Below, one piece after another: positions 53,601 through 64,000 of a DNA stretch of 64,000 bases. The position numbers were made by a program, and so were the translations under genes. Below the pieces are notes generated by a model that was not told where the DNA came from, did not search any database, and saw nothing but the letters and a program-made list of their open reading frames with translations. Positions within the stretch are counted from its first letter, which is position 1; every line of letters starts with the position of its first letter. The stretch is from Perna viridis (lineage: Eukaryota). Location: NCBI GenBank assembly GCA_037379345.1, contig CM074521.1, positions 31,396,704 through 31,460,703 of the forward strand. Reading direction: 5' to 3'.

Positions 53601-53885
53601 GTTATCTATAAGACTTCATTTTTTTCAGTTTATTCATCCTGATTTTTATCCTAGTGATATTTAGGCAGTAAACTATTGTTGTAGGCATGGTAATATTCAG
53701 CTAACTTTTTTACTGCCAGTGAACATTTATCCTGTTTTTATTCCATCAGTAAGATGTAATTTGACATTAGTATACAAACCATCAGAATTAAGGAAAGAGA
53801 ATCTAAAGCTCTCCATGGCCATCTTAGGTGTGACTACTGTTTTGTTTCTTCTTCGTACCGTGTCTGTGCCATCGGAATCCAAATC
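20757..53885 (-). CDS. RAPH1: MRL-family adaptor (Lamellipodin/RAPH1-RIAM-MIG-10/Pico orthologue), 5'-partial: complement(join(20757..23630,24090..24191,24729..24839,27851..27994,29249..29323,29754..29875,36369..36528,38644..38721,46162..46613,53780..53885))
   Basis: All GT-AG with consistent phases. Diagnostic motifs: [17 protein letters not shown], coiled coil [25 protein letters not shown] domain, PH domain ([15 protein letters not shown]...HPQIQKK...[14 protein letters not shown]), Pro-rich C-terminus. Confidence 0.92.
24090..24191 (-). CDS. RAPH1: MRL gene exon: PH domain part 3
   Basis: cttcag| [34 protein letters not shown] |gtaact. Confidence 0.95.
24729..24839 (-). CDS. RAPH1: MRL gene exon: PH domain part 2
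   Basis: ttttag| [37 protein letters not shown] |gtaatt. Confidence 0.95.
24915..25772. repeat. Minisatellite with interspersed 60-bp and 55-bp units, ~15 units
   Basis: tatattctgg(tatca)agaaatgagatggttggtattgacaacaatttactgctacatggt. Confidence 0.96.
25944..26287. repeat. 41-bp minisatellite, ~8 units
   Basis: acctatgtccaagtctgaacattcgtctttcctgaacatct. Confidence 0.93.
27851..27994 (-). CDS. RAPH1: MRL gene exon: PH domain part 1
   Basis: ttgtag| [48 protein letters not shown] |gttggt. Confidence 0.95.
29249..29323 (-). CDS. RAPH1: MRL gene exon: RA-PH linker
   Basis: ttttcag| [25 protein letters not shown] |gtatgt. Confidence 0.88.
29754..29875 (-). CDS. RAPH1: MRL gene exon: RA domain, C-terminal part
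   Basis: ttttcag| (E)[40 protein letters not shown] |gtaagt. Confidence 0.95.
30071..30210. repeat. Degenerate ~11-bp TTTCACATGA/TTCATGTGAA array
   Basis: Repeated tttcacatg and ttcatgtgaa in both orientations, compatible with a CpG-decayed TTCACGTGAA palindrome. Confidence 0.6.
33666..33797. repeat. 43-bp tandem repeat x3
   Basis: gccaaaggaaaccatgaggtgagttgaggccacacaatgtcta. Confidence 0.92.
36369..36528 (-). CDS. RAPH1: MRL gene exon: RA domain, N-terminal part
   Basis: ttttcag| [21 protein letters not shown]...[10 protein letters not shown](E) |gtgagt. Confidence 0.95.
36622..36728. repeat. 40-bp tandem repeat x~2.7
   Basis: ccaagacccatagtatagcctacattctcctaacagctaa. Confidence 0.9.
37401..37520. 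repeat. 40-bp tandem repeat x3
   Basis: catgtggagtatttagggacattgtcagccaatacaatct. Confidence 0.92.
38644..38721 (-). CDS. RAPH1: MRL gene exon: coiled coil
   Basis: ttttcag| [26 protein letters not shown] |gtatga. Confidence 0.95.
39816..39860 (-). ncRNA. Degenerate type I hammerhead ribozyme remnant
   Basis: Minus strand: aatgctg-TTGATGA-gagg-ttact-cctt-GAAAC-atgtg-tggtatt; core and cleavage triplet are mutated. Confidence 0.45.
40757..41010. repeat. Old diverged ~90-bp tandem repeat x~3
   Basis: aacattgaagtcagag..ttatgaagt recurring near 40761, 40853 and 40942. Confidence 0.7.
41092..41136 (-). CDS. Candidate alternatively spliced 45-nt micro-exon of the MRL gene ([15 protein letters not shown])
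   Basis: tgttaatgtctcag| 45 nt open, phase 0-0 |gtaagt, inside a phase-0 intron. Confidence 0.5.
41973..42327. repeat. 89-bp tandem repeat x4
   Basis: gagaataaatcagtcagt.caacagactcagcaatacac...ctaggtatacccccgctcatacaggaagt at 42063, 42152, 42241. Confidence 0.94.
43541..43863. repeat. 41-bp minisatellite x8
   Basis: gaaggaacaactggtgtgagggtttgggctagaggccatac. Confidence 0.93.
46162..46613 (-). CDS. RAPH1: MRL gene exon: talin-binding-like amphipathic helices and Ser-rich linker
   Basis: tttcag| (E)[20 protein letters not shown]...[13 protein letters not shown]...AAQISE |gtaagt. Confidence 0.9.
48621..48976 (-). mobile_element. tRNA-derived SINE (bivalve Meta-SINE-like) with (ATCA)n tail
   Basis: Minus strand head ggccgccttagtggt...gggtgcgatccc (degenerate A/B boxes); core taaaattgg...tgcttctctgcccagcac; tail (aatc)n. 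Confidence 0.75.
51452..51657. mobile_element. MITE family A, degenerate copy 4
   Basis: actgtgaaagg...tgggaaccaattt...gtggttt...; decayed right end. Confidence 0.55.
53140..53594. repeat. 49-bp minisatellite x9, with TGACTCA in 8 units
   Basis: ccataaaccataatacccttggtgtgatTGACTCAtgatggataggtct. Confidence 0.96.
53780..53885 (-). CDS. RAPH1: MRL gene N-terminal coding exon
   Basis: ttttcag| [35 protein letters not shown](E) |gtttgt; resembles RAPH1 SLDSD...NFSYRFS; phase 1 joins the 46613 acceptor. The ORF track shows a different frame. Confidence 0.85.
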
Positions 53886-56800
53886 CTGAAAACATAAAAT
53901 GTAAACGGTGTTATGATAAAAACTGTATTGTATACTGATACTACTGAAATTAATTGGAACTGTTTCACATGTATGGAATACAATGTTGTTAAGAGGTCAA
54001 AGGGAATATATTTTAAACACATGTGAATCAGGATTCTTTGATTTCCAAGGCCACCTTACTCTCAATAAATACTGAAGTTAGGCCTTTGTCATCATTGCCA
54101 TAGACAACCATCTATCTGCCAAGGAACGCAATCACTGAGTTGAATAGTAAAATGAAATTTTCTCTGATATCAAATCACAAGTGGTTTAATCATATACCAC
54201 TGTATGAGACCCAAGAGTCAGTGACCACCAGACAGATTCCTAACAATCCAAGAGAATATAACTAAACTATCCTGCCATGCCCCAGAATCAATCAAAATAC
54301 ATATTTTCCCCAGTAACACAGAGATATACTAATGGACAAAACAGAGATGATATGATGATAGATGGTTGGGTTAACTTCAGGCCAAGGATGCTCTCAAGGC
54401 TGTAAAAAACTGCTGAATTCACTCTGATGTAGTGCTTTAAATTCACATTAATATATCATTCCCATAGTAATGGAATAGTTTGGGTAATGTATGCTTATTG
54501 CAGTGAGCTCAAGCTTAATACAATTCATATTCAAATGTCAGAAAACAGTCACTGAAGTACCATACTTGCTTACTACCAACAGGAACTCGAAAGCTTGTTA
54601 AAATCAAATGAATATTTAGTCATATTGTAGCTTTCATTCAACACTATTTGTTGGATAAATTCTGCATCAAAATCATTGCCATAATAGTACAAAAATACTC
54701 TACTGGACCACTACAGTGCATGGATACTTACTTAATATAATCACTGAAACTATTTGGGCAGTGACTCATTGCTGACATACTAATCAAAGCCAACTAATCT
54801 TTTACTGGACTATGGCCAAGCAAGATATTTCAGATCATATAAAAAGTTTGATATAAAGTCAAAGCCATGATTGATACAAAATGCCAATAAAAATTGGAGC
54901 CTGATACATTTCCACAATAACAGCAGGATTAGACCTATAAAAAGTACAATTTATCAATAATAATTAAGATATTATAATTATATTAGATGATTGACCATTA
55001 CAAGGGATCCTGACAGTATAAGTTATGTTGTATAATGACTGGAGTTTGATTGATGAGTTAGACATGTTAAGAGAGCATTCAAATTAACTTCATACTGAGG
55101 ATTCATACATCATAAAATGTACTTGTAATAATTTCAATCTCTGTTTAATAAAGTTCATATTAGCTACATGTACTTATATCAGCAGAGAACTGGACAGAAG
55201 GCTAAACCAATACACATTTCTTAAAGGAATTTACTAGAGTTCATCTACATGTACTGAAACTGAACTGGACAGAATGCTTGAGATCTCCTGATAACTGGTG
55301 ACAAATTGTCAGTCATCTAGACATAGAGAATTCAGATGTTCTGTAAAACTTAAAAGTATTCTGCTAGTTGCTTCAAGTACACTAGGTCTTTAGGACAACA
55401 CTTAAAAAGTTGTACTGGTCATTCAGTTCCATTGCTTTCATCAAGATGTCAATTCACTTAGAATTTTATCAGTTTGGACAGACAGACAGACAGTTTTCAG
55501 ACAGTCAGCTCTACAATGGTAGATCATGACCATTCATGCCAGAGCCAATGCTCTAAACTGACTCTTAGACCAATGTTCTTCTCACAAATTACATCTCTCT
55601 ACTCAGATGACTTAATGCATAATATATTGACAAATTTATGTAAAATTTCAAAGAATCATAGTTCAACACAAAGGTCAAATACTAAAAAAAATACAACAAT
55701 ATCAGTTACCCATGCAATGTTAACATTAATCAAAGATCAAGAACCACTTAACCCTTAAACTCATGTTATACAGTCCAGAATGTGCTAGCACTTTAATCAA
55801 TTCAAAAGTACATGTAAAATGTTAACAGAAATTAGAAAACATGAACTTCATTATGTGAGATTACTATACATTTCTAACTTTTTGAAAACCACTGTGTACA
55901 TAGATCTAAAAAAAAATTATAACCTAGATTGCTGGACCTTGTGAACTACCCTAAATTAGGTGTAGACTTCGTACTGGTTAAGTAGGCCACATCTATGCAG
56001 TAAAATTTCTATTTCCATAAAGCCCTTATTTACAGCATCATCTCAAACTATCTGACATTATCCAATAATTATAACAAGACATGGTTTAATATCATCAAAC
56101 TGTTCCCAGACAGATAAAGTAGACTGAAGGACCCTAAAGACATAAAACCATTATAGTTCATCAATATTTGTATTCCTTTTAGTATCCCAAGTAAGGCACA
56201 GTAGACAACAAGGGGAGTACATGAAAAACGGATTGTCAACCTGGTTATGTTCCAGTTAACTTCAGAAATTCCAAGAGAGAACATTTTACCAATATTTCAT
56301 GAGGGGAAACCAGTGTCAGACACAAGAAAACAAGACAAGGACAACAAAAACTGATAGCTTAAAAAGTAGGTCAAGACTCTATGGTCTAGCTAAAACCATA
56401 ATATTCCATAAAAATATAGGTCAAGATTCCAATGTCTGATTTTTTACAGAGCAGTTCTTACCATACATGTATAAGTGTTGGGTCAGGCATACTTAAAAAG
56501 AAAGAAGAACATGTATAATGGATGTCAAAATTGATAATGATCAATCTATTAACATTTTCTGGCTTTGCACATTCCTGTTTGACATAACATAGAAAGAGGT
56601 GCTATTTTTAATCTAAGTTTGTAATCTTTGTAGTAACTCTACACTGGACTATTAGATGAAAAACAAAGAATCCTCTAAAGTTCATAACCAAACTGCTGAC
56701 AGACAATATGTTTGATAACAAGTTAATATCATGGTTCATTAAAATTTTGGCAGTGAATACTTCATACATCATACACCAAATCAGCCATTTAGTAATGGAT

Positions 56801-57234
56801 ATTATGGTAATGGTGCTAGTGACCTCTGGTGAGAGGAAGGCAATACACATTTATCTTGCTGACCTCCAGGTGGTCATTATGGACTGATATGTGTAATGAT
56901 ACTGACCACCCTGGAGAGTAGTCTGGAAAATGTCAGGCTGATCATAACAATGATGGGAACTGCCGTTTGACCCCTTTTAATACCACTATGTTTTTCACTA
57001 CAAAATATACCAGTTCTACATAAAAACTAAGTTGTTTTGCAGTGTACTATTCTCCATCACATAATTTAAGCAATCATTATCTTTCTGCAATATAACAAAG
57101 GAACATTTCTGACATTACACAGTGTGTTTTTAATTTGGTAACTGAACAAGTTAGCTTTTCTATCTCAAATGAATGACATAAAAGATGTCAAACATAATGA
57201 CCAGACAAATTTGTGCAATCTTTGGATAAAAATT

Positions 57235-57266
<32 letters not shown>

Positions 57267-58913
57267 GAAAAGAAAACAGAGAAACATGGCTACAGTGAAG
57301 AATCTGAAACCTACATAAACCAGACACTTTATATCAATGTAAATATATTTTGAACCTGGGTAAATCAGACAACTCCTCAGAATGAATACATTTTACAATC
57401 AAAAATTGGTTTCGTTAAGACAGACATCACTGTATAGACACTCCATGTGAGATCACTTCTGTGAAATTTTGCAAGATGATGACAATGGCTGCGACTTTAC
57501 TTTCTATACAAAGAAACTCTGTTAGTTTTTATATCTTTCAATTAAAAGATCATGGTATAATATTTATACCCCTGAACTAACAAATACTTATATTTATCAA
57601 TTTAAAAATTGAAGTTATCTTTCAAAAGTTCTCATACATGTAAATATACTACTAAAAAAACTTCAAGAAGATTCAGTTTTAGGAAATTAAAATGCAACTA
57701 TCTATCATGCATATATGCATTTATTAAAAAAATGAATTAAAATGACTTACTATAATTCATATCAAGTACATTCTGATCACTTTCCTTGACCTCTGTGACC
57801 CCAAAAACATGTGATACTAAGCAGCTTCCTGTCCCCAAGGGCAATAACCCATGTCAATAACATCTTAACCACACCTCTGAACATAAAATCTGACAATAAC
57901 TGTGTCATCCAAATATTTCTCCCTTTAGGGCTTAAATATCATTTCCTTATTAGTGTAATATAAAAACAAACATTGTCATCCTAGAACAACATGTTGGTCT
58001 GATCAGATTCTAAAGGTTTCTCCCTTCATATCCTTCTAGATTTTTTTTTATATTTACATATAACTTTTATTTGTTTCCATTTTTACTAATAGCTTAAGTA
58101 TTCTTTCCATACATTATCACTATTGTTCCTGAAAACACAAGTTTGTCCTTTGATAAGATTCATTATTTCTATTTTAGAAGGGTTTGAGGTAAGGGGAGCA
58201 GGTATTTTAACCTAATATTTTTATCTTTATTATGGACAACTTATGACAAATTCCCTGACATATCTCTTATTGTCTTTAATTTTTCTTCCCTTCTTCTTTA
58301 AATTCAAAATGATTCTACATTTCAACCACTTAAAGTTATAGGACTTTGATCTGCCTAACAACCCAAGTCTGACTTTATTTTCACAACATTCTTGCCCTAG
58401 AAAATAAGTTGTATTTGTTTTTATAACATTACAGATGCCTGTAAGATTGAGGAATGTCAGACAATTATATACATGATCATACTATGATGGATCAGTATTT
58501 ATCTGGAATACTTTTATCTTCATGAATTTACAATTACCTACAAAATAATCATAAGTGAGCCATGAGAGAAAAATGCAACAGAGAACTGACAATTATTTGT
58601 TATTTATCTGAAAATAAATTTTGTTAATATTTTCGTCTTTAAAGTTGATGGTCTTAGATTTAATAGAGTTAATCCAAAAATTTCAAATGCTAAAATATGG
58701 TAGTTTATTGGTTTATCTTATCAAGGTTTACTTTTAATTACTTTCAGTTTCCAATAGACCTTTTTGGGGTCATTTTTTCTCAACAGTTTTGCAAGGTAAA
58801 TGCTACACTCATCAAATTTGGAACAGTTTTATATCAAATTTTTATGAAAAAGTATTGCATTTATCTTTTAAAAGTGCTTATTAGTATGAGTGGTCTATAG
58901 TGATTTCCCACAT

Positions 58914-59083
58914 CATACTTTAATTTGTGGATACCAATTTTCGTGGATTAGGAAAGAAACGCAAGTTTGTGGTTTTACACATCAATGGGATTCTCCTTTT
59001 CCATGGAAACCAAATTTCGTGGTTTGGCCTACCCACGAAAACCACCAAAATTGGTACCCCACAAAAATATTACTGTCACAGTA
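58914..59083. mobile_element. MITE family A, copy 5 (opposite orientation to 4706-4906)
   Basis: tactttaatttgtggataccaatt is the reverse complement of the right end of copy 2; aaaattggtacccc...tcacagta. Confidence 0.78.
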
Positions 59084-59787
59084 ATTCTTCAAACCATAAA
59101 ACTCAGTAACAAAGGAAGCAACAACACTTTTACAGTAATCAGAAAAAAAGCAAAAAAAATGTTAAATCTTTTATGTCCTCAAGCACTTGTTCCATCAATG
59201 TTGGATTATTTTATAAAATTAAGTTATAACTGAATTAAGTCTAATTGGTACATAAAAACATCAAAAATTTAAAAAAGAAAAAAAGTGACTTAATACCAGT
59301 TTTTTTTTTAAATGATTCATTAACTGATCACCCTACCACATCAATGAAATATCTTTCCTTTTCCTAAAATTGTAAAAGTAATCTATATAACCATTGAAAC
59401 CACATAACATGGATTTTAAATATTTCCATTCAATCATTTGGTCATTGCCATATTAGTAAGAAGATAGTAAGATGTCTATAGGTCTCATTCTTCACTTCTG
59501 TTGCATTCCTGATTTTACTGAATGTCACTTCCAAATATATTTAACACAAGATACCTCCAATAGATTATCCTTGATATATCAAGATGGAATGGCAATAATT
59601 TCTCCCACACCTCGCCCAAATTGTAAAACAATAAATTAAAGAGAGAACCTCAGGATAAATAGTCTGACTTTGAACTTAATCTACCATCTTTCTTATATAA
59701 TATTGTAAATCAGCCTTCCTCAAAAAGACCAAACCTTTTTATAGAGCTTATAGTAAACTTCTAATTATTACTATTTCATGTGAAAAT

Positions 59788-59910
59788 TATGTTTAACATC
59801 ACCAGAAGATGGTAAAATATAAATTGAATATTACGGATAACGGATATCCTTCCTCAGCATAAAACTCATAAAACTGTATATAGTTCCATCTTCTGGTGAT
59901 GTTAAACATA
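59788..59910. repeat. Perfect 25-bp inverted repeat with 73-bp spacer (mini-MITE or hairpin)
   Basis: tatgtttaacatcaccagaagatgg (59788-59812) / ccatcttctggtgatgttaaacata (59886-59910). Confidence 0.88.
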
Positions 59911-62900
59911 TTTAGACGTTTATTTAATTTATTGTTATGTTATGCTCGTTTTTAATGATCCATCACCGGTAAGAGTGATTGTTGACTATTATAATCACTG
60001 TGCTAGAATTCCCATTTCCAATCACCAGTGGGAAGTAGATTTTGACCCAGGGAAAGTTTACTTTCACTGGTTTCAGCATTCATTTGTATTGTGGGAAAGT
60101 GATCTTTATTTTAAATGCTTCAGGGAAAGAGAAATTATCAGAAATCCTAGAACACTGATATAATTCAGTGTCAGGAATGAAAAGTAAACCAACCATTCTT
60201 GCTCATTTTTTTCATACTAAAACATTGCACTTAACAGACTGTCTACTATATCCTGTACAAAGAAAGTAAAACTATTCATCACACAAAACAAAACATTACA
60301 GTTGCTTATTGCTGCCCCATGTCTGGTAATGTACAGGTCCTATAAATGTAGATTTTATACCAAGAGCAGACTATCTATTAGAATAAAATTGTCGAAAATT
60401 GTCTTCAGAAGGAGCTTATTTGCAAGGCTGTCTGTATGACTGGTTTTAATTACTGGCTTGCATGTAGGGAGCAAAAGGCTTTAAAGACTCAAGCAGCTAT
60501 TAAATCCATGTCTGTCAGGAAAAAATTTATTACTGAATTTATATTCATTAGAAGTATTAATCAGTCTGTAAACCTAATAAGGTGAATTTCTAAGAAAATT
60601 TAATTGACCTTTACATGGTCCACTAAGAATTACATTTAACTAGAGATAACTAGTCACTATTTATTTGACCTTGAAATGCAGTTATATGAATTCACAGTGT
60701 GAATACCAGTGTTTAAGATAAACAACAGTCTTTACAGTTCTGTAGCTAGCTTGTAACAGAGTCTAACCTGTTTTGCAGCTAAACATATATGTACCTACTA
60801 AACATGACAATATCCTGACTACAACTGGACCTCTTTGCACAAAAGCAAAAACCGCAAAGCACTAGGCAGAAGAATCTGTCCAGAACTTGACTGATCCTAT
60901 TCTTAAATTATAGTTAAACTGGTTGAAATTTTTATCATCACATTTTTTCTTAACTCCATGATTTGCTTCAAAATTCTTGAAAGAGTTTTTGTTCTTTATA
61001 TTTAGTGACATCTAACAAAATTATTTACTTGATGGATAGAACTACTTTGATTTGTGTATGACTACAGTTCAAACAAATTTCTCAAAAAGAAAAACTCCTT
61101 TCTGCACCTAAGATTATTTTTTAGTGTAGTAGAAATGGTAAAGTAGTTCCCATTGTCCCAAGAAGGCCACAGCTACCCTAACTAAATTCTAAGGTTTGCC
61201 TAAGACCTGAACAGATAGAGGCTTGTAGTGCAATCATTTCTATTATTTGAATTAGGAAGTAAGCATTGAATTCACACTCATCTTAAGAAATTTAATTCTA
61301 GAAATCTCAATACTGATTTAGAATTCATTACAGAAATTAATCTGTCTGCAACTTAACAAGGTATATACCTCGATAAGATTCTCAAAAGGCCTTATTTAGA
61401 TACATTATAGTCTAAATTGATTCTCTAAAACTAAGACAGTATGTAAATATTTACATCATTAAGGACACAAAGACTTTAGTACTGATCGTCATTGGTGAAT
61501 ATAAGTTCTCAGTCTGTAGCGACAAGGTGCTAAGCTCAATAAGGACTATTGAATCCATTGGACCCTAGCTTCAAAAGGACAACCAAGAGTACCCAGCCTG
61601 TCATGATAATTTTTTTAAAAGAAATTGATCCAGTCAACAGACTAAACAAATGTTTGTCTGAATAATAAAGTAAAATGCACATACATGTACATAAAGGCCA
61701 CTATAGACTACTACATTAAAATTGTTGAATATGTCAATGCTGACAAATTCAATTCATTATGGGTATTTTTTTCATATATTTATTATTTTTTTTACAACTG
61801 CTCCTAACAGACAGTTTAGTATGATTAAAACCTCATATCTTTTAAAATCAGAATTCAAACTCTATTCAAGGTTAACATCAGCTGCCTGTCAAATATTTAT
61901 GTTAAAAAAAAATAGTTCTTTAAAAAATACTGGTACATTTATACTCTTACTTCAAATTAAGATGACCTAATTACCACACTAGACAACATTAAACCAAAAA
62001 ACTTGAAGGGCTTTATTCCATAGAACTATTAAACCAGTCAGGTCAACAACCAGTACTTCCAGGAAATTGTTTATATCATTAGGGTTCATTTCCAGAATTG
62101 TGTGACTTTTTTGTAGTTTCTGAGTGTTCAGAAACTGATTCAGACTTCTTAGTAAAAAAGTGAACAAAAGTACACTGAGTGCTTCAATATAATACAAAGT
62201 TTTTAAGTTCTCTTGGTGGAATTTCGAACTATTTTCATAAGAAAAAGATTATAGTCCAGAAATGATATGAAACAAATATAACCAATGAACCATAATGCCC
62301 ATAGATAGACAATGAAAAACCATAGCATTGTTTAACTTTAAATTAACTATACTAGTCATAATAACTGAAAAACATAACACATAGAAATAGATACAGATAT
62401 ATACAGTTCTAACACACATATACCAAACTGCACACTATGCAGTTTATTATGAGGGCATAAAATATGTAAACTTTGGTCTAAATATACAATATTGTTTGTT
62501 GTAATATTCTGTAAATAAAGGATAGAAATAGCACAACTGTAGATAGAAGGGAAACAGAGATACCTATTCTATCTATCAGACTCAATAATCACATACAAAT
62601 AACACTGATAAGAACATTCTTCTGATAGGTCTTTGTTTGATACAAATGTGTATCGTCTTGTTTCTCTACCAAAGTTATCTTGTACTAAAATTAGAGTTAC
62701 TTCCCCTTTGGTGTGATCTGGTCATCCTTGAGCCACATGATTTTATGATGGATTAGTCATCCTATCATGGTCTCATAACGCATTTCATTCAGTATGTTGT
62801 GAAAATCTTTATCAACTCAAGATTGCATAAAATCAAATATTTTTGATTTTGTGGAAAAACCAGGATTTCAGTAATATTTTGAATTAATATTTTTTCCCTG

Positions 62901-64000
62901 GTTTTCTGTGATTCACTTACTGGAGAGTTACAAAGCACTTAAAAATATACCAGCTTCAATATTTTTTTCTTATATTAAAGTTCAGACTACATTATAAAAT
63001 GAAACAATACCCAGTAACTATACATTAACATTACAAGTCTGTTGATTTTACAGAAGCTTCCAGTACATTTTCCATCTTTTCAAATTCATCTTCTTGTATT
63101 CGACAATGATTCTATACAAATCCTCTCACCCTCCTTTCTCCATAACAGTTAGTGTTTACCAAATTCACTGAATAATTTTGACTTAAAAATATAGCTAATA
63201 ACAAAACCAAGCAGTCTGCTGTTTCTTTGTGTAAAATGTCTGGAGTTTTTTTGTGTGCATGTTTTTTGGTGTATTAGTTGTTGGTAATACTTAAAGCAGA
63301 CAATAATGACCACATAGGAGACAGATGAATGCTAATTCTCCATCTTCCTTTATGTTATTCATGGTGTTTGGCGCCCAGTTTTTTTTTTTTTTTTGCACAT
63401 TGACGAGACTGTTCTCCTTACATTTTTTATTTGTTTTTGTGATGCAAATGAGAATTGAAATGTTCGTCTACCAGTCGCATGTGAGCACTTTGCACTCATT
63501 CTCACCAATTTCAATGCACCATCCATTATGTAATTCCCTAATTACAGTCGGTAGAATACATGTACTAAATGAGCCGTGGAAACATGTTTTCTACTTTGAT
63601 GAAGTAATAATGTAAAAACAGTGTGATATATTCTAATTGGAAAGCTGTTGACTGATGAAAACGTTATGTTTTTTTAACTTGTTTTTTTTTTGTGTTGTGC
63701 TTTGCAAATGATAATCTATGTTTTGTTGTCAATAAAAATGAGGAAGAAAATTATACATTGATTAATAGAATACTGTCCAAAAGCTGCTACCTAAGTCAGC
63801 AAGACTCTTTGTCATGAAACATTTAGAATCTTTACAACTGGAATCTGTTATCATATTGATTCCTTACAATCATGACACAAAAGGTGAACCTAAAATGTTT
63901 TTCTCACAGTCTGATCAACCAGGTGTTCAACATGTAACACTGAAAAAGACTTGGTGTTTTTGTTAAGTATTGAATAATAGCTTAGAGGGTGATCAACCTT

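Noticed and set aside
63030-63145. Minus-strand reading EDEFEKMENVLEAS as the first coding exon of the MRL gene
   Set aside because: Bounded by stops, no phase-compatible donor, and no similarity to the MRL N-terminus.

Overview
AT-rich, CpG-depleted eukaryotic DNA. The repeat families suggest a bivalve mollusc, probably mytilid-like (inference). The window holds two convergent intron-rich genes. (1) The 3' part of Cullin-2 (CUL2) on the + strand: 12 coding exons from <1 to 14106, about 478 aa visible, with the [11 protein letters not shown] neddylation motif and the EYSYVA* end. (2) An MRL-family adaptor (Lamellipodin/RAPH1-RIAM/APBB1IP-MIG-10/Pico orthologue) on the - strand: 10 coding exons from 53885 to 20757, about 1407 aa visible, with talin-binding-like helices, a coiled coil, RA and PH domains and a 957-aa Ser/Pro-rich last exon; its first coding exon was not found. 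Introns and the intergenic region carry many non-autonomous elements (a TA-flanked MITE family, TTAA-flanked Kolobok-like MITEs, a Helentron-associated pearl-type element, foldback palindromes, a tRNA-derived SINE, LINE and Penelope-like fragments) and more than a dozen unrelated 22-89 bp tandem arrays. I found no prokaryote-type system such as CRISPR or an operon, and I cannot claim a new biological system. The best leads are a tandem array of amplified splice donors, an in-frame 45-nt candidate micro-exon, an AP-1-site minisatellite, a decayed hammerhead ribozyme, and a repeated HERKSS phospho-motif module near a PP1 RVxF motif. All homology calls are from memory of the families, not from database searches.
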